This document shows positions 45,340-54,680 of a stretch of DNA of 64,000 nt, in pieces. Location of the stretch: the sequence record PP355766.1, one strand, 5' to 3'. How positions within the stretch are numbered: the first letter of the stretch is position 1; each line of letters starts with the position of its first letter. Position numbers and translations under genes: made by a program. The notes beneath the pieces were generated by a model. The model searched no databases. It was not told the DNA's origin and saw only the letters and a program-made list of their open reading frames with translations.

Positions 45340-45459
45340 TTAAAATACAAATGCTACGAGCGCCCAGATTCCGCCTACAATTGCTGCACCAATTAATGCA
45401 GCTACGATCAGAAGGCCAAAGAACGCCTTGGCCATATCATTTCCCATTCCAGTATACAT
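45340..45459 (-). CDS. Membrane microprotein (39 aa)
   Basis: MYTGMGNDMAKAFFGLLIVAALIGAAIVGGIWALVAFVF; GGAGG RBS; hand-translated. Confidence 0.65.
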   Translation of the reverse strand: MYTGMGNDMAKAFFGLLIVAALIGAAIVGGIWALVAFVF

Positions 45460-45461
45460 GG

Positions 45462-45830
45462 TTATTCCTCCACTACCAATCTTCTCATGTAGTCGTTCCA
45501 CCCTGCACAGAAGGGAGAGACACCACGGAGTAGCTCGGTAGACTGGTGCTGCTTATAGTGATCTTCGGCAGCCTTAGCCCCGCGTTTCTTCTCCGCCCTT
45601 TTATTAAACTCTTCCAGCACGATACGTCCTTCTAGAGCTTCTTTAGCGATAGGATACTCCGGCCAATCCTCCTCTAGAACGAGGTAGTTCGGGAATCCTA
45701 CCTTGCCGTCAGCCTCCCGGCCCTTAAAGATAAGTGATAGGCTGTCGTTTATCTCCCGAATAGCAGTGCTGGTTAGATACTTGGCGGCATCTGACTGCTT
45801 AAATACAATATAGCGAGATTCGAGTTTCAT
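45462..45830 (-). CDS. Early hypothetical protein
   Basis: 122 aa; GAGG RBS. Confidence 0.75.
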   Translation of the reverse strand: MKLESRYIVFKQSDAAKYLTSTAIREINDSLSLIFKGREADGKVGFPNYLVLEEDWPEYPIAKEALEGRIVLEEFNKRAEKKRGAKAAEDHYKQHQSTELLRGVSPFCAGWNDYMRRLVVEE

Positions 45831-45838
45831 GATTTACC

Positions 45839-46072
45839 TCAGGCAGTGAATAGAATGTCGTCCAGTAGATCGTCCATTGGGCGATCCTTATGGATCTCCC
45901 AAAATTCCTTGGGTTCCCAGGTTTCAGTGTCCGGGGCAATAGTAACCGAGATATTCGCGTCATCTGTAAACACGGAGTTTCCATTGTCCAGCATTGCGAC
46001 ACATTTCTGCAACTCGAAACCACCAGCAACTACGAATACTTCACCTTCTTCCAAATCTTTGAAAAGTTTCAT
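45839..46072 (-). CDS. Early acidic hypothetical protein
   Basis: 77 aa. Confidence 0.7.
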   Translation of the reverse strand: MKLFKDLEEGEVFVVAGGFELQKCVAMLDNGNSVFTDDANISVTIAPDTETWEPKEFWEIHKDRPMDDLLDDILFTA

Positions 46073-46082
46073 GCTTCACCTA

Positions 46083-46913
46083 TTAAATAATGTCAGCGGA
46101 ACCACAGGGATCATCACGATTTGTGGTGAATGTATATAATTGACCTAGAACTGGCGACGCCACGGTCATGCGACCGTTAAAGGTGCCACCTGTGTCCAGA
46201 TAGACACGGTTCTTCCAGCGAATCGGGAACGGAACACCAGTATGGCCATGAAACGTGTAGTCTACTCCCACGATTTCAGGCACATCTACTGCACACTCCT
46301 CGGAGAAGCTGGCGTAGCGATCGAAGTACGGATGCTTCTCCCCACTACGATACAGATTAAACCCAACTTCTTGGATTACATCACGATCCCACAGCAGTAC
46401 ACCCAAACGACGTAAATCTGGTGTAGATTCGTGTTCGTGCACAATATCATCCCACACCGGTACAGTTACGTCCATACCTCGAGTCTGATAGCGCAGAGGG
46501 ATACCCGCATGGACTACCCCATAACGCTTGCCACGGTGCTCAACTGTCATCATGTACGGCATTTTGCTGTCCATGTCTTCCGCGATACCTTTCAGGGTGT
46601 CCGTATCGAAACCTTCCGTGATAGTCCAGCTGCCACCGTTATACATCCAGTTGGCATAGTCGTCTTGAATCATGAACTCGTCATGATTACCACGAACGGA
46701 GCGGAATTTCGGGTTGTACAGGAACTTCGCTAGAACCTGTAAGTTTTTCGGGCCACGGTCGATAAGATCCCCTACGCAGAACACGTAGTCACGACCTTCT
46801 TCATACCCAGCAAGTTTCAGGGCATCCATCATCATATCGTACTCGCCATGAATATCCCCAATGAAGAAGATATTAGCATTGTCGGGCACGGTAACTGTTT
46901 CATGAACGTTCAT
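46083..46913 (-). CDS. Ser/Thr protein phosphatase (calcineurin-like metallophosphoesterase)
   Basis: GDIHG, GDLIDRG, RGNHD, HAG, HGHT, DTG motifs. Confidence 0.92.
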   Translation of the reverse strand: MNVHETVTVPDNANIFFIGDIHGEYDMMMDALKLAGYEEGRDYVFCVGDLIDRGPKNLQVLAKFLYNPKFRSVRGNHDEFMIQDDYANWMYNGGSWTITEGFDTDTLKGIAEDMDSKMPYMMTVEHRGKRYGVVHAGIPLRYQTRGMDVTVPVWDDIVHEHESTPDLRRLGVLLWDRDVIQEVGFNLYRSGEKHPYFDRYASFSEECAVDVPEIVGVDYTFHGHTGVPFPIRWKNRVYLDTGGTFNGRMTVASPVLGQLYTFTTNRDDPCGSADII

Positions 46914-47263
46914 TAATACCTCGTCTCTTCTTTAGGTTGTGTAGGTTCGCTCTTTGTGGTAAGGTTTCTATATGAGCCGTTTATTTTGTCGTAGAACTTA
47001 CTCTTAGTAAATCCGTCATACTCCCAGAAGATAATAATTCGGTTATCAGTGGCTTTTGCCAGCTCAAAGCCTCTTTCTTTAGCCCAACGAATACAAGAAT
47101 AGTCCAGCTCACCTACTTTAACCGTAATCCCTGACAGTCCCTCTTCTACGTTGGAGACTATTGCTTTTATCAGTTCAGGTATCTGAGCTTTTTTAATGCT
47201 GTATGTATGGGCGCGGTTTTTACAGGCCATTTTTGTTGCCCACCTTCTGTTTACGTAATCCAT
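46913..47263 (-). CDS. Early hypothetical protein
   Basis: 116 aa. Confidence 0.65.
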   Translation of the reverse strand: MDYVNRRWATKMACKNRAHTYSIKKAQIPELIKAIVSNVEEGLSGITVKVGELDYSCIRWAKERGFELAKATDNRIIIFWEYDGFTKSKFYDKINGSYRNLTTKSEPTQPKEETRY

Positions 47264-47683
47264 TTAGCACTCCACATCGTCGTGTTCATAGCCATAGTTG
47301 GTGCAGGTGTTAGCTTCATCATCGTCCTTACAGAACGCAACGTAGCAGTCAACAACTTCCCAGAACGCTTCGTTGATCAAAGCATTTTGGTGGGTTAGGT
47401 CTAACTCATCCCACTCTTCTTCGCTCTGGAAGTCTGTATGTACATGAGCATCACAGCCTACAGCGCCTAGAGATACGACAATAACTAACTCGTCCTCTAC
47501 CATTTCCACGTAAGCCTCTGCATACTCCCAGGCGGCTTCGTTAACAAGCTGATTCTTCTGGGCAGCATCGAGAGCTTGCCACTCTTCTTTTGTGTACCCC
47601 AGATCAACGAAGGTAGTGCCGACCGCAAAACCATTATTCAGGATAAGATATGCTTGCTTAGTCATTATGTAATCCTCTCTCAA
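47264..47683 (-). CDS. Highly acidic protein with a tandem-duplicated domain
   Basis: Two …EEW..LD...N.L(V/I)NEA.WE…YV units. Confidence 0.75.
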   Translation of the reverse strand: MREDYIMTKQAYLILNNGFAVGTTFVDLGYTKEEWQALDAAQKNQLVNEAAWEYAEAYVEMVEDELVIVVSLGAVGCDAHVHTDFQSEEEWDELDLTHQNALINEAFWEVVDCYVAFCKDDDEANTCTNYGYEHDDVEC

Positions 47684-47695
47684 TTCAATATAAAT

Positions 47696-47724
47696 ATTAT
47701 ATCAAAATTTTAAGCGTTTAGCAA
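47696..47724 (-). promoter_or_regulatory. T5-type early promoter
   Basis: TTGCTA-N17-TATAAT. Confidence 0.85.
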
Positions 47725-47733
47725 ATAATAAAA

Positions 47734-47761
47734 AACCCCGGTCTCGTATTGAGCCGGGGTT
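47734..47761 (-). terminator. Terminator after thioredoxin
   Basis: AACCCCGG/CCGGGGTT plus T-tract. Confidence 0.75.
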
Positions 47762-47766
47762 AGGTA

Positions 47767-48051
47767 TTATTCTTCTACGTAGTCGATAAAGTCTTGGATA
47801 GCTTTACTAACTACCGCAGAGCGAAGTGAGGCACCACTCAAGATATGGTGTGCTTCTTCACGTCCGTTCTCCACATCCACTAGAACTACTGCGGGTACAG
47901 TGCGAAGACCGAATTTACGTAGGGAGTCTACGTCGTCCGTGCGTTTTTCAACGGGCAGGTTGAACTCAGCAGTGAGTTTATCAAAAACTGGTTCAAATTG
48001 CTTGCATGGTACGCAGCTAGAACCTTTAAGGAATACAATCTTCTTAGACAT
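47767..48051 (-). CDS. Thioredoxin
   Basis: CVPC active site; 94 aa; T5 synteny. Confidence 0.88.
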   Translation of the reverse strand: MSKKIVFLKGSSCVPCKQFEPVFDKLTAEFNLPVEKRTDDVDSLRKFGLRTVPAVVLVDVENGREEAHHILSGASLRSAVVSKAIQDFIDYVEE

Positions 48052-48448
48052 TATTAATACTCTCCAATAGTGTTTTCATTGTTTTTACGGTTGCGGTATC
48101 TAGGTCTAGCTTTTCTCCGAAAGCTTCCATTACAGCTTCCTGATACGGCTTTTTCAGACGACCCTCAGGCACTGCTACTTTTTTAACATCTCCTGCCTTG
48201 ACTTTTGCCAAAATAGTGGTTAAAGTTGGCATAGAAAGTTTCTGGCCCTCAATGTTAACGCCGAGCAGTTCAGTTAGCGCATTGTTAAGGTCAATTCGGG
48301 TCATTTTCTTACCGTTGGACATAACACCCTCCGATTTCTTAGCAATTTTCTTAAACTCCGGTGACTCACGATCCCGCAGAGCTATATTTAACTCGTAGGG
48401 AGCTACTTTAAAATGCTCGCACATTTGAGTGTAGAATCTGTCCGACAT
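48044..48448 (-). CDS. Early hypothetical protein
   Basis: 134 aa, Lys-rich; GAGGAG RBS. Confidence 0.75.
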   Translation of the reverse strand: MSDRFYTQMCEHFKVAPYELNIALRDRESPEFKKIAKKSEGVMSNGKKMTRIDLNNALTELLGVNIEGQKLSMPTLTTILAKVKAGDVKKVAVPEGRLKKPYQEAVMEAFGEKLDLDTATVKTMKTLLESINNV

Positions 48449-48479
48449 TTTGTATCTCCTCTCTCGAATTTATAAATAT

Positions 48480-48508
48480 ATTATACGCTAAATCGAGCAG
48501 AAAGTCAA
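48480..48508 (-). promoter_or_regulatory. T5-type early promoter
   Basis: TTGACT-N17-TATAAT. Confidence 0.85.
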
Positions 48509-48520
48509 TTGAATTTTTCA

Positions 48521-48943
48521 TTAATCGCAGTACTTGCCTCGTCTTACGAAAAATAGTGTAATGGGGTAGACTGAGTACATCAACACAGGAGAAGTAAGGG
48601 TTAGGATAGACGTCACCCCACCTGCGTACATTAGTGGTATAAATGCTAGCGTTACAGCTAGGACTATCATACCAAATAGTAGCGCTAAGGACAATGAGAA
48701 GCAATTCTCTAGCCCTAACCAGAGCCAGCAGAACCCTGTTCCCCTCTTTTTCTCACATGGGCAGCGGAACACACCGAAAATACCAAATACGAAGTGTAGA
48801 AGCCATCTAGCAACCCTAGCTAAGCGTGTTCTGCGAAAATAAATGGCACCGCGTATTAAAATCCATGTTGCGGAAAAGAATACTATACCGAATTGAAATA
48901 TCTTGAGTAGCATTATAGTTACTAAACTTGCAAACATAACCAC
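48521..48943 (-). CDS. Polytopic membrane protein
   Basis: 140 aa; several hydrophobic helices; AGGAGG RBS. Confidence 0.7.
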   Translation of the reverse strand: MVMFASLVTIMLLKIFQFGIVFFSATWILIRGAIYFRRTRLARVARWLLHFVFGIFGVFRCPCEKKRGTGFCWLWLGLENCFSLSLALLFGMIVLAVTLAFIPLMYAGGVTSILTLTSPVLMYSVYPITLFFVRRGKYCD

Positions 48944-48970
48944 CTCCTATTTGCTTGCTCCATACAAAGA

Positions 48971-48990
48971 AGGGGAGCCGAAGCTCCCCT
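48971..48990 (-). terminator. Terminator after endolysin
   Basis: AGGGGAGC-TTCG-GCTCCCCT plus T-rich tail. Confidence 0.8.
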
Positions 48991-48995
48991 TAATG

Positions 48996-49409
48996 TCACA
49001 GTAACTCTACGTGTCCGCCGTCATAAGTACCACGTTGGATTTCATCACGGTAGTCGCCAGAGTTATTCCAATCCGCTCCGAAACGAACGGCAATGTTCAT
49101 CTCATTTGCGGCCTTTTTAAATGCACCGACAATAGCCCAGAATGCTTCTAAATCGTTCCAGTCAATTTTACCATTGATATACGGAGCGAAATCAATGGCT
49201 TTGCCTGTGACGTGCTTAGATTTGCTAGGATCTTTCAAGAATGAAGTACCATTAGCAATATTCTGAGCACTCTGTTGTACGGTACGTTTACCTTGGATAA
49301 TGGTAAAATCGTGCGGTGAGAGTTCCAGAGCACGAATAGCTAGAGCCTTGAGTTTAGGATCTACAGTATCGAGCTGCTGGAGACTACGGTTTCCAAATCT
49401 GAAACTCAT
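48996..49409 (-). CDS. lys: Endolysin, L-alanyl-D-glutamate peptidase (M15)
   Basis: QSAQNIANGTSFLKDPSKSKH…AIDFAPY…DGGHVEL matches recalled T5 endolysin. Confidence 0.96.
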   Translation of the reverse strand: MSFRFGNRSLQQLDTVDPKLKALAIRALELSPHDFTIIQGKRTVQQSAQNIANGTSFLKDPSKSKHVTGKAIDFAPYINGKIDWNDLEAFWAIVGAFKKAANEMNIAVRFGADWNNSGDYRDEIQRGTYDGGHVELL

Positions 49410-50068
49410 ATTGATCTCCCTAGTGATCTCTGCGGTGATGCGCAGATTTTTGCCATATAGTCATTAAACATACCCATGTCTTCGTCTTGTAGGGGATACT
49501 TCTCCCATGCGACGGCAACATATCCAGCGTAGATGTTATTAAGGTTAAAATATGGGCACGTGTACACATACTCAAAGTTTGCACTCTTGAACGGTGGCAA
49601 ACCCGTTCCAGACCACTTCGATAAACCTTGTTTATTCCTTGCATCTATTGCAAAGTTTAGACCGTCTAAATGCGCTCGGTAGAGCATAGACGTCTTGTCA
49701 ACTGCTTTGTCGGATACGTCGGACTTATCCAACTGAACGTTGCTTTCCCAAGCTATGATAGTTTGGTAATCATTTATAGCCTCAGGCTTGTATTTAACCA
49801 CGAAGACAGCATCAGCTCGAGTCTGTGAGAATAGGATCATTGCCTTCTCTCGTGCCACATTTGGAAACTCTAGTGTGCGTTGTATTTTAACATCTTGTAG
49901 GACCGCCGAAGTAGAGAAAGTCTTTAAGTACGACATGACTTCACTCGTATTAGCTATAAAGAGGTAGATAACTAGACCAACCAGTAAGGTTAGCAAACGT
50001 TTAAGAAGAGAAGCTGGATCCTTCGCTTCTTGTAGTAACAGCGATATCAACTGTATAAATTTATCCAT
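49406..50068 (-). CDS. Holin (T4 T-like, single N-terminal TM)
   Basis: 220 aa; overlaps the endolysin start; T5 synteny. Confidence 0.88.
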   Translation of the reverse strand: MDKFIQLISLLLQEAKDPASLLKRLLTLLVGLVIYLFIANTSEVMSYLKTFSTSAVLQDVKIQRTLEFPNVAREKAMILFSQTRADAVFVVKYKPEAINDYQTIIAWESNVQLDKSDVSDKAVDKTSMLYRAHLDGLNFAIDARNKQGLSKWSGTGLPPFKSANFEYVYTCPYFNLNNIYAGYVAVAWEKYPLQDEDMGMFNDYMAKICASPQRSLGRSI

Positions 50069-50093
50069 TAAGAACCTCCTCTAACCATTTATA

Positions 50094-50122
50094 ATTATAC
50101 CCTTTATTGGAGGAAGTTGCAA
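50094..50122 (-). promoter_or_regulatory. Promoter for holin-endolysin
   Basis: TTGCAA-N17-TATAAT. Confidence 0.75.
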
Positions 50123-50191
50123 TAAAAATTTATAGTTATTGCTCGGATCATACTTTGAGACAAATGTCAAGTAGAATTTAGATAAAGAAAA

Positions 50192-50217
50192 AGGCCAGAG
50201 CTAAAAAGCCCTGGCCT
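50192..50217 (-). terminator. Terminator after the Clp-like gene
   Basis: AGGCCAGAGC…GCCCTGGCCT plus T-tract. Confidence 0.7.
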
Positions 50218-50225
50218 ACTTAGTT

Positions 50226-50837
50226 TTATTGACCCGCAGCCTTACGAGCTTCTTGCTCTCGGTGCGCAGCCATACGATCTACACGTTCGTTGATCTCTTT
50301 GGAGGTCAGCCAAATGTCCTTACCACCTTCTATCATCTCAGTGATCTCTTCTAGAGAGAAGAACGGGTAGTACAAGTCCAGCATCATATCCTCAAAGAAT
50401 GAGTTGAACTGATCGGCATAGTGCTGGATCTCATTTTTGCCCTTACCATAGTGCGCACCACGATAAGTATGGCCCATCAACATAACGTAAGGGTGTACCA
50501 GCCAGCCGTGGCAGGCTAGGAAGATTGAGCAAGCAGCTGATGCTGATGGCCCAACCAGATGCCCAATCACAGTTCCCTGGCAGTTCATGATAAGGTTACA
50601 CAACTGAACTGCTGTATCAACGTACCCGCCGGGACTATTAATATAAAGATTAAGAGTGTCTCCCTCTTGCATAGTTGCCAGAGTGACTGATAGGTCGCGG
50701 TAGTAGTCTACATCGACTATCGGCCCATCGAGGTGATAGTGGTAAATATTATACTCTGCCTTAGTCGCCACCAGGGAAGCGAAGTAATTAGTAGTCTTAT
50801 TGCCACCTTTCTGCTCTACGTTATTAATTTGTCCCAT
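50226..50837 (-). CDS. ClpP-like protease
   Basis: LYINSPGG, ASAACSI (Ser), MGH (His) motifs. Confidence 0.88.
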   Translation of the reverse strand: MGQINNVEQKGGNKTTNYFASLVATKAEYNIYHYHLDGPIVDVDYYRDLSVTLATMQEGDTLNLYINSPGGYVDTAVQLCNLIMNCQGTVIGHLVGPSASAACSIFLACHGWLVHPYVMLMGHTYRGAHYGKGKNEIQHYADQFNSFFEDMMLDLYYPFFSLEEITEMIEGGKDIWLTSKEINERVDRMAAHREQEARKAAGQ

Positions 50838-50846
50838 ACTGTTACC

Positions 50847-51608
50847 TTATATAAAGAGAATCCTCTCGTCGCAAAACGCGTTTACATTTTTACGGAAATT
50901 TTCCAGTCCGTCAAAGTTGTTTGTGACCACATCATCAATAAACTCAGGTGCAACACCTCTAGCAGAGGCATGAGTAGACTGAATAGCGTGGATGTTGTTA
51001 GGGGCGTGAACTTTAAGAATACTAGAGTTCTGCGCACCGGGGAAGTTCCGAACTAGTGCGGCTTCATTATCAAAACGAACATCAGAAATAATGCTAATGT
51101 CAGCTTTGGTAGCAGTGATACGATCTACCACAATATTTAACCACAAGTTCTCATCCACCAGAGCGCGTCCTAACTCCGTGCCAACAAATTCTAGCATTTT
51201 ACGAGGGGACGTGTATAATGGGTACAGCGGGGTCTCGTGACCCTGGTAGAAGTCAGGCGCAGATTTTACAATCAACGGATACAGTGTTGACGCCTCAAAC
51301 TGAGGCCAAACGTAAGGGAAATCGGCATACTTGTCGATACCAAAACGTTTCCAGACGTTGGCAGTACGTTCGAGGGCTTCCTGAGTTACCCAAAACCACT
51401 GCTTAACTTCTTTTGTCCTGCGCTCTGCCAGCTTTTCTGGCGTGACTCCAAGGATTACAGCCGCAAGTTCGTAAACGGGAGCTGCAAAACTGAATTTACT
51501 GATAGAATACTCCGGACCGAGGACTTCCCAGGCCCAAACCTTAGCCATGTCAGCAAAGGTGTCTTTGCCTGCGCCGGCATCACCAACTAATCCTAAAACG
51601 TATTTCAT
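50847..51608 (-). CDS. dnk: Deoxynucleoside monophosphate kinase
   Basis: GDAGAGKDT P-loop, R.MLEFVGTELGR, ISDVRFDNE. Confidence 0.93.
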   Translation of the reverse strand: MKYVLGLVGDAGAGKDTFADMAKVWAWEVLGPEYSISKFSFAAPVYELAAVILGVTPEKLAERRTKEVKQWFWVTQEALERTANVWKRFGIDKYADFPYVWPQFEASTLYPLIVKSAPDFYQGHETPLYPLYTSPRKMLEFVGTELGRALVDENLWLNIVVDRITATKADISIISDVRFDNEAALVRNFPGAQNSSILKVHAPNNIHAIQSTHASARGVAPEFIDDVVTNNFDGLENFRKNVNAFCDERILFI

Positions 51609-51934
51609 TTTGTTTCCTTATTGAATGGTTTGCAACGATATTCATTAAGCGACACGCGATAGGTACACGTTAATGCAGTCAGATTGGCAATATAAGTGTA
51701 GACCTGCTCATTACACTTGCCCATTGTGATCCAATCTTGGTAAGGTATGCGAACATACACTTTACCTTCTTCGTTTATGAACTCAAAATTAAACGGGCAA
51801 GTCTGTAGGCTTGCTGGCCACGGTAGGTGTTGCGGCTCTATCCCCGTTACTGAGCTACTTGGGTCTGGCCGTTCTGCACACCCGGATGCGATAATTGCAG
51901 CCGAGAGCAGGAGTCCATATTTCCAGTTACGCAT
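51605..51934 (-). CDS. Outer-membrane spanin (Rz1-like lipoprotein)
   Basis: Lipobox IASG-C, Pro-rich segment, overlaps the i-spanin end. Confidence 0.85.
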   Translation of the reverse strand: MRNWKYGLLLSAAIIASGCAERPDPSSSVTGIEPQHLPWPASLQTCPFNFEFINEEGKVYVRIPYQDWITMGKCNEQVYTYIANLTALTCTYRVSLNEYRCKPFNKETK

Positions 51935-52308
51935 GAAAGTCTCTCCTGGAACTCATTAACTTTGTCTTTTGCTACTTTGGTAGCAAGTTTAGGTTTAGCG
52001 GCAACCACACCCTCTTTTGCCCTAGCTGCATCCAGTTTATTGATACGTCCGTCCAGGTCTTCCTGGTTCTTGGCTAGGTTGGTTATATAGGTAGTAGTGT
52101 TGCGATCTCGATTTCGAATCTCTGTTTGGAGATTACCAACTGTCTTTTCTAGTTGTTCATTACGGTTTGATAGGGACTGTAAAGAACTGGACATATCTGT
52201 TAGCTTATTGGTAATGTAGTAGGCACCTCCGAAGGTGCCTGCTGCAATTGCCAGAAACAGAATTGCTCCAGTCTTACCGCTCCATATTCCTGAAAGAAAC
52301 TTTAGCAT
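51847..52308 (-). CDS. Inner-membrane spanin (Rz-like)
   Basis: N-terminal TM plus long coiled coil; start uncertain. Confidence 0.85.
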   Translation of the reverse strand: MLKFLSGIWSGKTGAILFLAIAAGTFGGAYYITNKLTDMSSSLQSLSNRNEQLEKTVGNLQTEIRNRDRNTTTYITNLAKNQEDLDGRINKLDAARAKEGVVAAKPKLATKVAKDKVNEFQERLSCVTGNMDSCSRLQLSHPGVQNGQTQVAQ

Positions 52309-52987
52309 CGAAGCCCTTAGCAATTAACCGATCACGATCAGACGTAGATTCGGTCTTTGGTTCCCCTTGACCCAGCACACCGAAGATATATGATTCTAGG
52401 GTCTGGTGCCAGCGATACAGGTTTGGATCAATTTCCTGCCACGGAAAATCTTCCGCATGGAAGTTGAAATCAGTTTTAACGGTAATGTTTACCGTCGGGT
52501 CAGTCTCGGACTTTGAAGCATCCCATGCCATCGCAATGGGCTTGTTGAAAGTCTCTAGGAACTTAGAAGCTGTAGCAGTTGCGTTACGGACGTGGGCGTC
52601 AATCTTTTCGAGTGTGTTAGTTTCCCAGCCCAGACGAACAGATAACCCCTCTTCTTCCATAAGCTCGATAACTTTGGAAAGCTCGAAGGTTTGGCAGTGG
52701 TAGCCAATCCAGGTGTTACCGCCATTAGGGCGATACGTATGGTATCCATACAGCCAACGCAAAGTGCCACAAATTAATACCGGACGAACCTCTAGGGTAC
52801 CTACCTGATAGATCCCAGACTTGCCGTTCCTTGTAGTCTCAAACAGATTGGCATAGAAAATGATCTGTTCGAAATCTGCCGGTACGTTCACAACCTGCTT
52901 AATCTCTTCTCGGTGCCAAACGCGTTCTGCGTCGTACATGGTGCCCTGCAGGTCATATACATCTTTAAATTTAGAGATAATACGCAT
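52274..52987 (-). CDS. Early hypothetical protein
   Basis: 237 aa from ATG 52987 (GAGGAG RBS). Confidence 0.8.
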   Translation of the reverse strand: MRIISKFKDVYDLQGTMYDAERVWHREEIKQVVNVPADFEQIIFYANLFETTRNGKSGIYQVGTLEVRPVLICGTLRWLYGYHTYRPNGGNTWIGYHCQTFELSKVIELMEEEGLSVRLGWETNTLEKIDAHVRNATATASKFLETFNKPIAMAWDASKSETDPTVNITVKTDFNFHAEDFPWQEIDPNLYRWHQTLESYIFGVLGQGEPKTESTSDRDRLIAKGFDAKVSFRNMER

Positions 52988-53014
52988 CTTTGTTCTCCTC
53001 TCATTTATAAAACC

Positions 53015-53043
53015 ATTATACAACATTTTAAGCGAGAGTGCAA
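53015..53043 (-). promoter_or_regulatory. T5-type early promoter
   Basis: TTGCAC-N17-TATAAT. Confidence 0.85.
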
Positions 53044-53061
53044 GTAATTTTTAAAAAAGAA

Positions 53062-53089
53062 AAGCCCAACACCTTTCGATGTCGGGCTT
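53062..53089 (-). terminator. Intrinsic terminator
   Basis: AAGCCCAACA/TGTCGGGCTT plus T-tract. Confidence 0.7.
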
Positions 53090-53095
53090 GGGTAG

Positions 53096-53488
53096 TTAGC
53101 GATTTAACGGGTGGTGTTCCACACAGTAATCGTTAAAGATCTTGGCTCGCTTGATACTATCCGGTTTATACTTAGCGAACGGGCCTTTCAACGCCCCCTG
53201 TACGATGAAGATGGCCTTACACAGTCTGCCGATGGCCTTGCGACTCATACAGCGTAGCTCTGCGGCATGCTTACCGTTACGAAGCTCTAGGATCTTATCG
53301 AAGGACTTCAGGACACTCGATGCATCTTTGGCACCACCTCCTGCGATGATGGCCTCGATATCTTTACGGGTGGCAAACTTAGCCAGGAACTCGAAGGCTT
53401 TAGCTGACAGCAGCTTAGCAGAGTCCAGACCATGATTGATACCAACTGCCATCCACGCTGATACTGCCAGTATAAATAAAGTAAACAT
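53096..53488 (-). CDS. Protein with N-terminal hydrophobic helix
   Basis: 130 aa; GAGG RBS. Confidence 0.7.
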   Translation of the reverse strand: MFTLFILAVSAWMAVGINHGLDSAKLLSAKAFEFLAKFATRKDIEAIIAGGGAKDASSVLKSFDKILELRNGKHAAELRCMSRKAIGRLCKAIFIVQGALKGPFAKYKPDSIKRAKIFNDYCVEHHPLNR

Positions 53489-53607
53489 TTTGCTTCCTCA
53501 GTTTGTCTTTGAATTAGTTAATGGTCAGCGACCAACTCACCACTTCGTTCATCGCGGGCACGACTCCGGATAGGAACAGGAAGGTGACTCCTATAACGGC
53601 CCTACCG

Positions 53608-54057
53608 TTATACGTGTGGATTCATGTTACACATCATCCTAGTCTTCTCTACTTCCCGTCGTGCTTTGCGACGTTGCCGCCGTAGTTTGTATTCATTTTC
53701 AATAACCTTATGGAAATGGTCATTGATGTTATCTTCTGGCAACATCAAACGAATTGTTGCCAACTGCTCGATCTGAACCCGAAGGTGGGAGTTAGGCATA
53801 CAAAGCTCTTGCATCTCCACGAACCCGGATAATCCTAGAGCAGTCATAGAGGCTTTAGCGTATACTTTGTCCTCTTTTAGACTTAGTTCAACGGTTATCC
53901 GGTAGCGATTGTCAAATACAGTGCACCACTCTGAGGGTGCTGCACCAGCTCTTGCCCAGACACAGTAAGGAGCTTCCTCAAAAGCGCACTCCTCATTAAT
54001 CCAGTCTAGGGTCTCCTGAAGTTTAGGATGGAGGTTACTCATCGCTATCATCCTCAT
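53608..54057 (-). CDS. Early hypothetical protein
   Basis: 149 aa. Confidence 0.75.
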   Translation of the reverse strand: MRMIAMSNLHPKLQETLDWINEECAFEEAPYCVWARAGAAPSEWCTVFDNRYRITVELSLKEDKVYAKASMTALGLSGFVEMQELCMPNSHLRVQIEQLATIRLMLPEDNINDHFHKVIENEYKLRRQRRKARREVEKTRMMCNMNPHV

Positions 54058-54307
54058 CTTCTACCTGACGACCATAGCGGTCCAGGGTCACAGCGGGCTT
54101 GCCGTAGGTTTTGTTAGTGTAGATCTTAGTTTCTCCAAAACGGGTTTCGGATTTACGAAACTTACCAGCTTCTTTAGTAATCCCGTTCGTTGTCACACGA
54201 ACACGCCCATTATCAGAGATCTCTACTTTGTTACGCTCTGCGGCCAGAGATACTCCGGAGTACATCATGCTGAACACGATGATTGCTGCAATTGAACGCT
54301 TACTCAT
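54035..54307 (-). CDS. Small exported protein
   Basis: MSKRSIAAIIVFSMMYSGVSLA signal-peptide-like; start 54307. Confidence 0.7.
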   Translation of the reverse strand: MSKRSIAAIIVFSMMYSGVSLAAERNKVEISDNGRVRVTTNGITKEAGKFRKSETRFGETKIYTNKTYGKPAVTLDRYGRQVEDEDDSDE

Positions 54308-54623
54308 AGTCTTCACCTTCGTTATCTTGTTCGTCAACTTCACCTTCGAGGTCTGGCTCACAGTCCCGGCAGATTTCCTCTATTTGGTTCTCCGCCCTTT
54401 CAAAAGCAGGGCACCACCACCCACAATTCACGCACCGAAAGATCTCCATATCTTCCGCGGTCTGCCAGAAGAGATCCTCGATAACACCTTCGTGAAGATT
54501 ATACCCGTTAGCCACCAGCTCTTCTTCGATAACATTGAGAGCTTCAGTTTCGCTTACACAGGAACCTTGTACATACCCGTGCATTAACGGGCGGATAATG
54601 CTTTCAATACTTAGTTTGCTCAT
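54300..54623 (-). CDS. Acidic Zn-ribbon protein
   Basis: CVNC…CRDC; GGAG RBS. Confidence 0.75.
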   Translation of the reverse strand: MSKLSIESIIRPLMHGYVQGSCVSETEALNVIEEELVANGYNLHEGVIEDLFWQTAEDMEIFRCVNCGWWCPAFERAENQIEEICRDCEPDLEGEVDEQDNEGEDYE

Positions 54624-54651
54624 GAAGCTCTCCCTATCAATTTATGTAACT

Positions 54652-54680
54652 ATTATATCGAAAAATCGCCTACAGTGCAA
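54652..54680 (-). promoter_or_regulatory. T5-type early promoter
   Basis: TTGCAC-N17-TATAAT. Confidence 0.85.

Noticed and set aside
48996-52308. Lysis genes split by a Clp-like protease and dNMP kinase
   Set aside because: This is the normal T5-family arrangement, not novel
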